Source of the DNA: Hyaloraphidium curvatum SAG 235-1
Lineage: Eukaryota; Fungi; Monoblepharomycota
Assembly: GCA_025558095.1 (NCBI GenBank)
Contig: JAIVFI010000010.1
Coordinates: forward strand, 434,001 to 498,000
DNA: 64,000 nt
Direction of reading: 5' to 3'
Shown here: positions 1 through 10,804 of the stretch, in pieces
Layout: each line of letters begins with the position of its first letter
How positions within the stretch are numbered: the stretch's first letter is position 1
Notes under the pieces: model-generated
The model's input: only the letters and a program-made list of their open reading frames with translations
Database searches by the model: none
Told to the model about the DNA's origin: nothing
Position numbers and translations under genes: made by a program

Positions 1-348
1 CGGCCATGCCGGGGCCTGAGATTCGGAGAACCGTGAGCCCTCCATCGCGACAACTTCTAGCAAGCTGTGGGCACCTTTCGTGTAGCAGATCACGTCCACA
101 TCGATGGAACTGATCCCGGCCTCCTTCAATGCTTCCTGCGTCACGGCAAGGATGACGCTCCGGTGGTGCGCGGCCGTCTCGCGCGGCAGGAAGCCCTGCC
201 CGGGCGGGGTGATGTAGGTCCGCCGCACGTTGGCTAGGGCGTGCGAGGTGCCGTCCGGGTCGTGTCGCAGGATGCCGACGCCAATTTTGTTGGCGGAGCC
301 CTCGAAACCGATGGCGATGAGGGACCCGGCGGGCTTGGTGTGGACCAT
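1..348 (-). CDS. KAE1: tRNA N6-threonylcarbamoyladenosine (t6A) synthase Kae1/OSGEP, 5' part (runs off window)
   Basis: Reverse strand from ATG 348 reads [26 protein letters not shown]...[19 protein letters not shown]...DVICYTK|GPGM, the hallmark Kae1 motifs. GT-AG intron at 74-16. Confidence 0.95.
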   Translation of the reverse strand, partial: MVHTKPAGSLIAIGFEGSANKIGVGILRHDPDGTSHALANVRRTYITPPGQGFLPRETAAHHRSVILAVTQEALKEAGISSIDVDVICYTKGAHSLLEVVAMEGSRFSESQAPAWP

Positions 349-411
349 CACGGACGGGCGAGTCGTCCCGGTTTCTGAGAGTGATTCATTTGCGCGCGAC
401 GCCACAAGGTG

Positions 412-2342
412 TTATTTGAGCATCTTGGACATGTACGGGCCATCGAGCTGCGAGAAAAGGGTCAGGAGAACATCCTCCACCATCTGCCGGGGTTGGAGCC
501 CACCTCGTAGCCGAGCTTCCGGTAGTAATGCCGCGTACCGACGCCCGAGATCACCGAGATCTTGACGCTCCCGTGCTCCTCCTTCGCTATCCGCTCCGCC
601 TCCTCCATGAGCAGCGTCCCGAAGCCCTGGTGCTGGAACTTGGTCGGATCCCGCGAGTGCACGGGCACCGCCGTCCCGTACACGTGGAGCTCGCGGACGA
701 TCGAGGTCTGCCCCGCGTCCTTGAGCTCCGGGCGAAAGGTCGTCTCCGCGGAACACTTCCTCAGCCGCAGGAGGCCGATCAGAACGTCCTGCTCCGGGTC
801 CTCGTAGGCCAAAAACGTCTCCCAGCCGCCGTTGGCGACGTAGTCCCTCCGCACCAGCTCCACCTCCTCCACGCGCACCTTGTTGTGCACCTCCTGGATC
901 CCGACCTCGCGGGTCCGCACGTCGCGGCACTCTGTGCCCAGGTCCTTCATCCGCTGCAGCGCCAGCTCCCGCACGTTGCCGTGCTCCACGCCCGAGGTCA
1001 CGAGCGGCATCGGGATGTCGCGCTGGATCCGGTACACGCGCGTCCACGGCGGGATGAGGGCCAGGATCTTGGCCACGAGGTCCACGAGCACGTTGGGCGG
1101 GTAGTTTTTGTAGCGGCCTGTGCGCCAGAGCTCGTACAGCCCCGTCCCGCGGATCACGAGGGTCGGGTAGAGCTTCAGTCCGTCCGGCCGGAAGGCCGGG
1201 TTCTCGAACAGCTCCTTGAACTGCTCGATGTCGCGCTCGATGGGCACGTTGGGCAGGTTCGGCATCATGTGCGTCACCACCTTGTACCCGGCGTCCTTGC
1301 TCAGGGCAAAGGACTCGCACACGGCCTTGACCGTGTGCCCGCGGTTCGTGTCCCTCGCAACGTCCTCGTACACGCTCTGTACCCCGATCTCGAGCCGCGT
1401 GCACCCGTACCGCAGCATCTGGCCCAGGTGCTGCTTCATGCAGTAGTCCGGGCGGGTCTCGATGGTGATGCCGATGACCTTGCTCCGCCCCTGCTCCGAC
1501 ATGCGCACGGCCTCGTCCACGTCGGCGCTCTGGAACCCCGAGCACGCGTCGTGCAGCCGCGAGATGAACCAGTCGCGGTACTCCTGGTCCAGGCTCATGA
1601 AGGTGCCGCCCATGATGATGTACTCGACCTTGTCGACCGAGTGGCCCAGCGAGCGGAGCTGCTCCATGCGCGCGCGCGCCTGCTCGTACGGGTCGTACCG
1701 GGCGCGGATCGCGCGCATCGAGGTGGGCTCGTAGCCCGTGTACGACTGCGTCGAGTACTCAAAGTCCGAGTCGGGGCCGCCGGGGCTGTCTCGCGTTAGG
1801 CGGGCCCGCGGCGGGAAAAACAAGGCGCTCGGCGCTTACCAGTAGACGCAGATGTTGCCCGTCGTGGCGATGTGCGGACACCGGTGAGGCTTGCACATGA
1901 CGGCGACGACGGCGATCTAGACAGAGGTGGGCCAGCTGTCAGTCCGACTCCACACTCCGCGGTATGTCAACGCACCCCGCTTGCGGTCCGCACTGGCCTG
2001 ACCAGGAGCCCGCTGATCTTGTCCCTCTCCTCCGGGGGCACAGCCGCGATAATGTCCACGAGCTTTGGCATGAAGCTGATCCCGTACTTCTTGGCCACGC
2101 GGGCGCGCAGCGCGTTCAGGTTCAGCGGCTTGGAGTCCGGCGGCCGCGGGGCCAGCAGCTCGCGCACGATCTCTGCGGTGCATTTGACCAGCCGCGCGTG
2201 CGCGTCGGAGGAGCCCTGCGGCTCTGTCGGGGGGAAGGTGACGGCCGGTGCGGGGCCGATGCCGGCCGGAGCGGGGCGGAGGGGCGATGAGACCGGGCAG
2301 ACGATTCCCGCGGGGTCGACGCCTGCCTTTCCGCTGCGGCAT
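412..2342 (-). CDS. ELP3: Elongator subunit 3 (radical SAM + KAT domain), spliced
   Basis: PVRTASG|[15 protein letters not shown]...CVYC|[50 protein letters not shown], final exon [11 protein letters not shown] at 412. Four introns; the first (2326-2224) needs a GC donor. Confidence 0.97.
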
Positions 2343-2545
2343 GGCGCCGTCCGGCCGGGAGGACGGAGTGGAGTGGATGAAGGGATTGGATTGGATTGGG
2401 TTAGCGCGAGGGTAGGTGACTGTGCGTCCGTCGACCTCGCCCGCTGCCCGCACTTCCACCCCTCCTCGACCGCGCCGGTTCCCTCCGGAATCCGCCGCAT
2501 CGGTCTATACCTCTTCCTCCTCGTCTCGAACCCGTCTCAGAGGAT
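2343..2545. promoter_or_regulatory. Compact bidirectional promoter ELP3/RPL8 with three tandem CCAAT-type motifs
   Basis: Only 203 bp separate the divergent start codons. GGATTGGATTGGATTGG at 2383-2399 is CCAAT x3 on the minus strand. Confidence 0.45.
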
Positions 2546-3794
2546 ATGCCGCCGAAGAAGGCCGCCGGGAAGAAGGTCGCGGCCGCGCCGTTCCCCGCAA
2601 AGGGCGGCAAGGCCGCGAAGGAGCCGGCGAACCCGCTGTTCGAGAAGACGCCCAAGAACTTCGGCATCGGTGGGCGCGGCCTACCCAGCGACCTCGAGAC
2701 GCGCTCACGCCGCGGTTGCAGGCCAGGACATCCAGCCCCAGCGCGACCTGTCCCGCTACGTCAAGTGGCCCGAATACGTCCGCCTGCAGCGCCAGAAGGC
2801 CATCCTGAAGAAGCGGCTGAAGGTGCCGCCGGCAGTCAACCAGTTCACGCGCGTGCTGGACAAGAACACCGGTGGGCACCGGCGGCGCGCATCGGCACCG
2901 GAGGAGAGGGCTCACGCGGGTCGCGTCTGCAGCGACGCAGCTGTTCAAGGTCCTGAACAAGTACCGCCCCGAGACCAAGCAGGAGAAGAAGGAGCGCCTG
3001 AAGGCGACCGCGGAAAAGGTCGCCGCCGGCGGCAAGGCCGAGGCGGACAAGAAGCCCCTGTTCGTCAAGTACGGCATCAACCACCTGACGGCGCTCGTGG
3101 AGAACAAGAAGGCCGCCCTGGTGGTCATTGCCGACGACGTCGACCCCATTGAGGTGAACAGTCGCTGCCAATGACCGGTCTCGCGCGAATGGCCCTCCGG
3201 GTGCCCTCTTTGCCGGACCACTGTTAGGCATGCCCCCGCGCCGGGTGCGGACGCGTTGCCGAAGCCGCAAGGCAGAGGCCGCGCAGATGCAGGCAGGGGT
3301 GCATTATTGCGACCAAGTAGCTGATGAACCTGGCCGTTCTCCTCCCCTTCCCCCCGCGCTGCGCCCCACCTCGACGCTTGCTTCCGGACCGGGTGCGTAC
3401 CTTTGCTGCGTCCGCCTGACCTCCCACAGCTCGTCATTTGGCTGCCCGCCCTCTGCCGGAAGATGGGCGTGCCGTACTGCATCGTCAAGGGCAAAGCCCG
3501 CCTCGGCACCGTCGTGCACAAGAAGACGGCCACCGCCCTCGCCTTGACCGAGGTGCGGCCCGAGGACAAAAAGGACCTTGCGGATCTCGTCGGCGCCATC
3601 AAGGCGAACTACAACGACAAGGACGCCGAGATCCGGAGGAGCTGGGGCGGCGGTGTCATGGGCCAGAAGAGTGGGTCGCGGCGTTGCGTTCGGGCGGACG
3701 ATGGTCTGACGCCGTGGTTCTGTCAGGCGTGCACAGGACGGAGGCGCGCGCAAAGGCGCTCGCGAAGGAGGCGGCCGTCAAGGCCAGCGCCTGA
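2546..3794 (+). CDS. RPL8: 60S ribosomal protein eL8 (L8/L7a), 5 exons
   Basis: [14 protein letters not shown]|[24 protein letters not shown]...DVDPIE|[26 protein letters not shown]. Introns at 2670-2721, 2872-2932, 3154-3429 and ~3671-3726. Confidence 0.98.
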
Positions 3795-4002
3795 GCCGGT
3801 TCTTTTGGGTCGTGCCGCTGCGCGGATGCTTCGCTTGGATGTATTGGGCGGCTCCGCGCGGAAACACGTCTCTTGCCTGGCTTTGTTTGCCCCTGCTTCC
3901 TTCGAATTGTGTCCCGCGGTGCCGGATATGAAGATGGCCGGCCACGCCGCCTCGATCACGCGCTCCGCTCCTTCTGGCCTTCAGCCTAGTCGACGCAGCG
4001 TC

Positions 4003-4515
4003 TCAGTGTCCAGCGGTGTCTTCTCCACGAGGCACTTCGAGCACTTTGTACGCCTTCTCCCCGCCGGCCGCGATCATGGCTTCCGCGATCTTGAGCTCGT
4101 CGCGGAGCGCGTCCAGCCTCTTGTTCCCGTTTGAGTAGCCGCTCCTCTCCGGGTGCCCGTCCAGCTTGCGGATCATCGCTTCGAGCACGGGCTTGACCTT
4201 CCTGGCGAGCTCGGGGTGGCTGAACACCCTGCGCGGGCTCGAGCCCCCGGCGAGCATGTTGAGGAGGCCCGACGGGACGCCGTGGCGCGCGACGAGCATG
4301 AACATGGCGGTGTTGCCGGGCATGAGCTCGGAGACCATGTCGGCGACGAGGTGGAAGTTCTTTTCCACCCAGTCCTGCTGCTCTTCGTACGACGCGTCGT
4401 CGTCCGACCCGGGCGGCTCGCGGCGCGGATCCTCGGAAAGGAGGCGGCTGACGAGCTCGTCCCAAGTGTCGAGCGCGTCATCGTTTTCGTCGCAATAGAA
4501 GCCCCAGGCGCCCAT
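4003..4515 (-). CDS. Hypothetical protein with a bacterial DUF4259-like N-terminus
   Basis: Intronless. Starts [16 protein letters not shown], resembling the MGAWG...NDxAxD start of DUF4259 proteins (recognised by eye). Confidence 0.6.
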   Translation of the reverse strand: MGAWGFYCDENDDALDTWDELVSRLLSEDPRREPPGSDDDASYEEQQDWVEKNFHLVADMVSELMPGNTAMFMLVARHGVPSGLLNMLAGGSSPRRVFSHPELARKVKPVLEAMIRKLDGHPERSGYSNGNKRLDALRDELKIAEAMIAAGGEKAYKVLEVPRGEDTAGH

Positions 4516-4603
4516 TTTGATGGAATGGAGGCGGAAAGAACCGACACGTGTGCGCGCGATCAAGTGGTCACCTTCAAGGCGCTTGAACCGCTGTGACTAC
4601 AAT

Positions 4604-5416
4604 TCATGTAGTCGACAGATCTAATCCGCCGCGCGCCTCCACCTCGCGCTCCAGATCCAAGATTCTGGAGTAGTCTGCCTCCTCCACGTCCGAGAACCCT
4701 GCGATGAGGAGCTGCCTCCGAACATCCGCCAGCTCCGGATCATCTACCGCGGCATCCAGCGCCTGACGTATCTTTACCATATCTTTCGACCGCGCCAGTG
4801 ACGTGATGTACGGCAAAGAAGGGACCTGCGGAGAGCGAGCGACCTCGACGAGGTCCGCCAGGAGCTCGGGCCTATGTCGGACTGCCAGTGCGACGCACAC
4901 GGCGTCCACGGCTGCCACATCTGCACGTCCCTCGTTCAGTGCCGCGAGGGACAGAAGGTGTCCGCCCGTCATGACGGTCCGGGAAAAGAAGCGGCCCCGA
5001 TCGGCGAGCGGTCCAAAGACCAGCTTCAAGGCCAGCATTCCAGACATGGAATCAGTATTGTTCACTGCCGCCACGCGTCCGCGAAAGTCCTCAAGGCGCG
5101 TCGCTCCGTTCGACCTCCTGGCCAGGACGATGCTAGAGTAACGTCCCACTGAGCACCCGTCGGCATCGTAGGTCGGCGCTGCGACAAACGACACGCGATC
5201 CCGCAGGGCGTGGGTCAACGGGTATCCGCACGTCTGACTGAGGATGAGTTCCGGGTCGGTCCAGACGCTTTCAATGTCGCTGTAGTCGGGTCGCGTCGGC
5301 CCGGCGGGAGCCTCGATGTGCAATCGGCGCAAATGGCGCGCGATGCCGCGAATCCATAAGTCCGTCGCCTCATGGAGCTCGGGCCAATCATACATGGGCA
5401 GAGTGAGCGTGGCCAT
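4604..5416 (-). CDS. PhnD/SsuA/transferrin-family substrate-binding protein (bacterial type, no signal peptide)
   Basis: Intronless, 270 aa. Motifs LPMYDW, SQTCGYP, YSSIVLAR, AAVNNTDSMSG, TGGHLLSL, ADVAAVDAV, LPYIT. Confidence 0.88.
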   Translation of the reverse strand: MATLTLPMYDWPELHEATDLWIRGIARHLRRLHIEAPAGPTRPDYSDIESVWTDPELILSQTCGYPLTHALRDRVSFVAAPTYDADGCSVGRYSSIVLARRSNGATRLEDFRGRVAAVNNTDSMSGMLALKLVFGPLADRGRFFSRTVMTGGHLLSLAALNEGRADVAAVDAVCVALAVRHRPELLADLVEVARSPQVPSLPYITSLARSKDMVKIRQALDAAVDDPELADVRRQLLIAGFSDVEEADYSRILDLEREVEARGGLDLSTT

Positions 5417-5715
5417 ACGTCTAGCATGTCACGGCGGTGCCAGCGGCGGAGCAACCAGGAAAGACCCCGCCCCCGCCCCAAATGATGTGTCCCCGTCCCC
5501 GGGCCAGAAAACTCCTCCGGAGTTCCCGATGGAAACGGAGTGAGCGTCTGGGACGGCCGGCCCCGCCGCCGATTGGCGGGGGTCGCGAGATTCCGGATGA
5601 CGCGATGAGTTTGGTGCAAGCGCAAAGCACAACATGCGGGCGTCCCTGAAACTCAAAGACCCCCCGGTCAATCCCGAAAACGATGACCATTCGACGAGAG
5701 AAAACACCCGCCGCC

Positions 5716-6768
5716 ATGTCGTTACGTCTGGAATGGGCGACCCTGGGACTTATCGGCGCAACGTGGGGCGCTTTCGTCACGTTGACGCTTCTGCACGCCG
5801 CGATCCCCCTTTGGACCATGGTGCTCGCCGGCGCCTATATCGTGGCGCTTCACAACTCGCTGCAGCACGAGGCGACCCACGGGCACCCGACGAGCAGCAG
5901 TACGCTCAACGAGGCCCTGGTTTCCGTCCTGCCTATCAGCCTCTGGTTCCCCTTCCGCCGTTTCAAGAAGTTGCACCTGCAGCACCACCGCGACGAGAAT
6001 CTGACGGATCCGGCCCAGGATCCCGAGAGCTACTACTTTGACCCTCAGGCCTGGGCATCAACGCCCGGCTGGCTCCGCGCCGTCTACACGGCCAACAACA
6101 CTCTTGCCGGGCGCCTGATCCTCGGCCCTGCCCTGGTTGTTATCAGGTTTTGGCCCGCCGAGCTTCTCAAAATCCTGCAGGGCGACGGCGAGATCGCCCT
6201 CGCGTGGGCAGTGCACCTCGCCGGGATCGCCCTGCTCCGTCAGTTGCTCCGCTTCTGCGGCATGGACTTTGCCTACTTCATCCTCGCCGTCGCATACCCC
6301 GGCAACTCCCTGACGCTGCTTCGATCATTTGTCGAGCACCGCGCGCACCATCTCCCCGGCGGGCGGACAGCCATCGTCGAGGCCCACCCCGCCATCTCCC
6401 TCCTCTTCCTCCACAACAACCTGCACGCGGCGCACCACGAAAAACCCAGCATGCCATGGTACGAGATTCCGCGGTACTACCGCGAGAACAAGGAGCGGCT
6501 GCTGGCCGAGAACTCGGGATACTTCATTGATGGTTACTCTGCGATCGCGCTCCGCTGGCTTTTCGTGCCAAAGGAGCCCATCGAGCACCCGCTGCTGGCT
6601 GCAGCCGCCCGTGGAGGCGAGGAGAAAAAGCCGCTTGCGAGCGACGTGGGCAAGAAGGCGTTCTTGGGGACGCTGCGCGGCCCGGTGTACGAATCGAGGA
6701 GCCGGGAGACGATACCGACGACTTTGAGAAGGCTCGGAAGGCGGGCATTCCGCATCGATGTACGCTGA
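5716..6768 (+). CDS. Membrane di-iron fatty-acid-desaturase-family enzyme (bacterial type)
   Basis: Intronless. His boxes QHEATHGHP, HLQHH, HNNLHAAHH plus LTDPAQDPES and LLRSFVEH; hydrophobic segments. Confidence 0.9.
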   Translation: MSLRLEWATLGLIGATWGAFVTLTLLHAAIPLWTMVLAGAYIVALHNSLQHEATHGHPTSSSTLNEALVSVLPISLWFPFRRFKKLHLQHHRDENLTDPAQDPESYYFDPQAWASTPGWLRAVYTANNTLAGRLILGPALVVIRFWPAELLKILQGDGEIALAWAVHLAGIALLRQLLRFCGMDFAYFILAVAYPGNSLTLLRSFVEHRAHHLPGGRTAIVEAHPAISLLFLHNNLHAAHHEKPSMPWYEIPRYYRENKERLLAENSGYFIDGYSAIALRWLFVPKEPIEHPLLAAAARGGEEKKPLASDVGKKAFLGTLRGPVYESRSRETIPTTLRRLGRRAFRIDVR

Positions 6769-6795
6769 CTCTATACACGCTCAAACATGGCCTTG

Positions 6796-7437
6796 CTACT
6801 TGCCGCCGAGGATCTTGAACGGCCCGCCCTTTTCCAGCGCCCTCTTGTAGGCCGGCCTCGAATGGATCCTCTCCAGCCAATCCAGCAGCTTCGGGAACCG
6901 CTCATCCAGCCCCCCGCGGACCACCGCCGCCTCGAGCGGGAAGCTCATCACCACGTCCGCCGCCGAAAACTCGTTCCCCGCGAACCACGGCCTCGACGCG
7001 AGCTCGCCCTCCAGAAAGTGGAGCTGCGCCTCGATGTTGGGCCGCACGAACGCGTCGGACATTCCCGCACCCCCGGGCACGCGGTCCAGGAGCAGCTTCA
7101 TCACCAGCAGGGGTTGAGCCGAACCCTCTGCGAAGTGCAAGTAGTACGTGTAGCGGCGCCTGTCCTCGCCCGCGGGGGGTTTGAGCTTGCCCCCGGCGAG
7201 CTCATCCACAATGTACTCGATTATGGCACCCGTCTCGGCGACGACGACATCGCCGTGCTTGATCACTGGGCTTTTGCCGAGGGGATGGATCTCCTTGAGC
7301 TCGGGCGGGGCGAGGTTCGTCACGGGATCCCGCGAGAAGCGGAGGACCTCGTAGGGAATGTCCAGCTCCTCGAGGAGCCAGAGCACGCGCTGCGAGCGCG
7401 AATTCTCCAGATGATACACCTTGACAGGCTCCATCAT
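6796..7437 (-). CDS. Glutathione S-transferase, GTT1-like
   Basis: HLENSRSQRVLWLLEEL, HPLGKSPV, AETGAI, HFAEGS, FSAADVVMSFPL. Intronless. Confidence 0.93.
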   Translation of the reverse strand: MMEPVKVYHLENSRSQRVLWLLEELDIPYEVLRFSRDPVTNLAPPELKEIHPLGKSPVIKHGDVVVAETGAIIEYIVDELAGGKLKPPAGEDRRRYTYYLHFAEGSAQPLLVMKLLLDRVPGGAGMSDAFVRPNIEAQLHFLEGELASRPWFAGNEFSAADVVMSFPLEAAVVRGGLDERFPKLLDWLERIHSRPAYKRALEKGGPFKILGGK

Positions 7438-7553
7438 CCCGAGTGGAATGCTCCCCGGGAGACAATCGGCCGGCTGTGTTTATGGTTATTGCTCGCAAAC
7501 TCGACCTTCTCAGAAATCGGACCCCGGCCATGCTTGTTCGCCGACAGAGAGCG

Positions 7554-9204
7554 ATGGCGGAGTCCATCGAGCAGCCTGAAGCAGCTGGCTCCGTCTTTTC
7601 CGAGTCCGGCGTGCGCCGCTCCGCCCGCGCCGCCAAGCCCCGTCTGCCCCCGCCCGCGCCGGAGCCAGCCCCGGAAGCGGAGTCTGCCCCCCGGAAGCGG
7701 CGCGCCAAACCCGCGCCGAAGCGCCCCGCGGCCGAAATTGGGACGCACGATGAGAAGGAGCCCGTGGCTGTGGGGAACGAGGGCGCGGAGACCTCTGCCC
7801 GGGCCGATGGGGAGGGGGTGACTCAGCGTGCCCCGACCAAGAAGCGCCGCAAGGCCGCGGCGAAGGAAGACGAGCCCCCGGCCTACAGGCTGGTGCAGGA
7901 GACGGTCACGCTGGAAGGCCTGCCGGTCGAGATACTCGAACAGATCGTCGGGTACGTGCCACCTTCGCATCTTCCAACTCGTCCTTCGTGCGACCCCTCC
8001 TCCCCAGCCTCCTGGCGAAGCACGACGTCCGCGACGCCCTCAACCTCTCCGAATCCTCGGCCTACATGAACTCGGCGGTCAAGGACAGCCCCGTGTGGCA
8101 CTCCATCCTGCGCGCCGCCGGGCTGCCGGAGCCCAAGAAGCGTAGCCGGGTGTACGGCACGTGCTTCGCGGTGGTGGGGAAGAACTGGCACCGCATGTGC
8201 GAGGGGTGCTACGCCGTCAGGCGCGGTGGGTTTCCTGGCCCGTGCGTGCGTATTAGGTGCTGACCCCGCGCCGCGGAAGACCGCGCGCCGTACGACGTCG
8301 ACGGGACGACCTTCAGCCTCTGCACCACCTGCCGCGTGTCGCTCTGGGACCCCGCGGACGACGAGGAGCTCGACGCGGCGGCGATGAAGCGCATCACCAA
8401 GACCGAGGCGCTCAACACCTACCGGCTTTCCGAGGGCGACCTCGAAGGCTTGGACGTGCAGTTCAGGGTCAACCCGCACGGGTACTTTGCCGCGCCGATG
8501 CAGCTCTTCCTGGAGCACGAGGTGGTGGAGGTCGCGAGGAGGCTGCACGGGGGGGATCGGGGCATCGAGGTCGGCGGCGACGCCTGGCATGCACCACGAG
8601 GTCGGACTGACGCCCCGACAGGCGGTCCAGAGGTTGCACCGCGAGCGCTCGGGCAAGGTGCAGGAGAAGCGCGCGCAGGCCCGCAAGTCGCGGAAGGAGG
8701 AGCTCGAGGCCGAGCTGGCCAAGCACGGGCTCCAGGTACGCGGGGATTCGAGGCTGTGCGAGGACTACATCAAGGGCGGCAAGGGCAGGGGCCTTCGCGA
8801 GGTGGTGGACGCGATGGTCGAGATGGACTGGTACTTCAAGCACACGGTGGGTCGTTTGGTCGCCGGGAGGCCGCCGATCGGCCGGCTGACGTTCCCGTCC
8901 GAAGAACTACGAGACCTTGCGCTACGAGGAGACCGTGCCGGCGTTCGTCGACTACCGCGGGCGCATGCGCTACGGCCGCCGCACGGTCAACTCGGAGCTG
9001 GGCAAGCAGCGCGCGCTGGAAGAGTTTGTGCGGAAGCGGCGCGCGGCGGGTCGGTCGTTCTTGCGCCGCCTACGTTTCGAGATCCGCTGACGTGCGTTTG
9101 GGACAGGGATCGACCGGTCGCCGGCCGAGGATCCGCCGTCGCCCGCGAGGCCGCCCGAGACGCTGTGGCCGCGGATCGAGGCGATGATGGGCATCCGGGG
9201 CTAG
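7554..9204 (+). CDS. F-box-like protein with CxxC motifs and an XPA-C-terminal-like region, spliced
   Basis: LEGLPVEILEQIV (F-box-like), CEGC/CTTC, ITKTEALNTYRLSEGDL...NPH...MQLF...HGG, RGDSRLCEDYI. Several ~50-nt introns; stop TAG at 9202-9204. Confidence 0.7.
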
Positions 9205-9377
9205 AAGCCGTGCAGATCTGCCGAGACATCTTCCGTCATGCTTTGTCCTTTTCCAACCCTTTCCAACACGGTGACGCTCGGACGTCGGACGAATGCCGCA
9301 ACACCAGTCCAGTTCGATCGATCTACCGCTTCCTTCCACCGTGCACAAGACCGAAGCTCCATGACGCCGGCTGGGGA

Positions 9378-10492
9378 TCACCGCACCGCAGCCTCCGCCT
9401 GCACGGCGCCCTCCCCCCTCTCCAGCTCCCCCGACGCCCTCACGCTGCTCGGAAACGGGAACCCCTTCCTCGGCCTGCCCTCCTCCTCGTCCCCCTCGTC
9501 CTCCTCCTCGGGCGGGTGCCCCTCGCCCGACACCTTGGACGCGTAGTAGGCGCCGCCCTCGCCGCCGGGGGAGGGGGAGAAGGGTAGGTAGTCCGCTGCG
9601 GCGGGCGGGGCGGGGGCGTCGTCGACGGGGGATTTGTCCTTGATGACCGTGTCGACGAGCCAGAACTGCGGGCGGGGGAAAGGTGAGCGCGGAGAGGGGG
9701 TGGAGGAGGGTGGAAGCGGCCCACCTGCACGACGTTCATGATGATGGGCACGATGAACATGACCAGCACGACCTGGCCGCGCTCGCCGGGCACCCAGGAG
9801 AGGAACCACGCGCCGATCTCTGCCCAGATCGGCATGGCGGCCATCAGAAAGACGACGGTGCCCTTCATCCCCATGAGCACGGCGGTAAAGACCAGCAGCT
9901 GCTTGAACCAGATGTACATGTCGGGCCGCGGGCCGTGGCCGTAGTTGCCCGTGGCCAGGTCGGTGACGCCCAGGGCGACGAGGGCGGCGGTGAGCGCGCG
10001 CAGGTACAGCCAGACGATGCCGACGCCCAGCGTGGTGTCGAGCATGAAGTTGCAAAAGTACCACACGCACGGGTTGCCGTGGTCCTCGGAGGCGCGGCCC
10101 ATGGCGAAGGAGAGCAGCAGGTTGGAAGTGTGCATGAGCGTCTGGCCGGCCACCTGCTTGCCGGTGTCGAGCGCCCACACGGCCCACGGGCGGCGCGGGT
10201 GCTCGCGGTGGCGCTTGTAGACGAGGGCCGACAGCGCGCAGCAGGCGAGCAGCAGCTGCACCAGCAGGGCGAACCCGGACATCAGGTGGCAGCGCGGTCC
10301 GACGGGGTCGGGCGGCGGCAGCGGCACGCCGGGGGGGATGTCCGGCGCGTCGGGCGGCGGCGAGGGCGCGAGCGTGGGCAGCGGGTCGCCGGCCGGGTCC
10401 GAGAGCAGCGCGGTGGCAAGCAGCAGCAGGTCCGTCGGCGTCGGCAGCTCGCCCGGCCCCGCCACCCCCCGCCGATACCGCGGCTGCAGCAT
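9378..10492 (-). CDS. STIMATE/TMEM110 (YPL162C-like) membrane protein
   Basis: LVYKRHREHPRRPWAVWALDTGKQ, NPCVWYFCNFMLDTTLG, VMFIVPIIMNVVQ|FWLVDTVIK. One intron at ~9667-9724. Confidence 0.88.
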
Positions 10493-10804
10493 TGCGCCGC
10501 CGCCGGTGCGAACGAGGTGCGCCGCGCGGATCTGAGAGAGTGGCCGGCCGCAGGCGGTGCTCCGGCCGGGGCGGACAGGGAGGTGAAGGGTCGGCTGGCC
10601 GCGGCTGGCCGCCAAAGGCACAGCACGGTTGCTGAGGTCCACAGGCCGCGGGACCGGATGCTGTTACGCAACAGGCAGCCCACGATGATCGGCGGCGATG
10701 GACCGCGATTCGGCACCGGCGCTTGAGATCGAGGCAACGGGAAAGAGTGATGATCGCGGGCGGTCAAGCCATTCACACCGCAACCAAAAGCCCCATTCTG
10801 CAGA

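Noticed and set aside
4003-7437. Bacterial contamination or chimeric contig
   Set aside because: Genes are divergent/convergent rather than operonic, closely abut intron-containing genes, and the desaturase has a C-terminal extension. Not fully excluded without reads.
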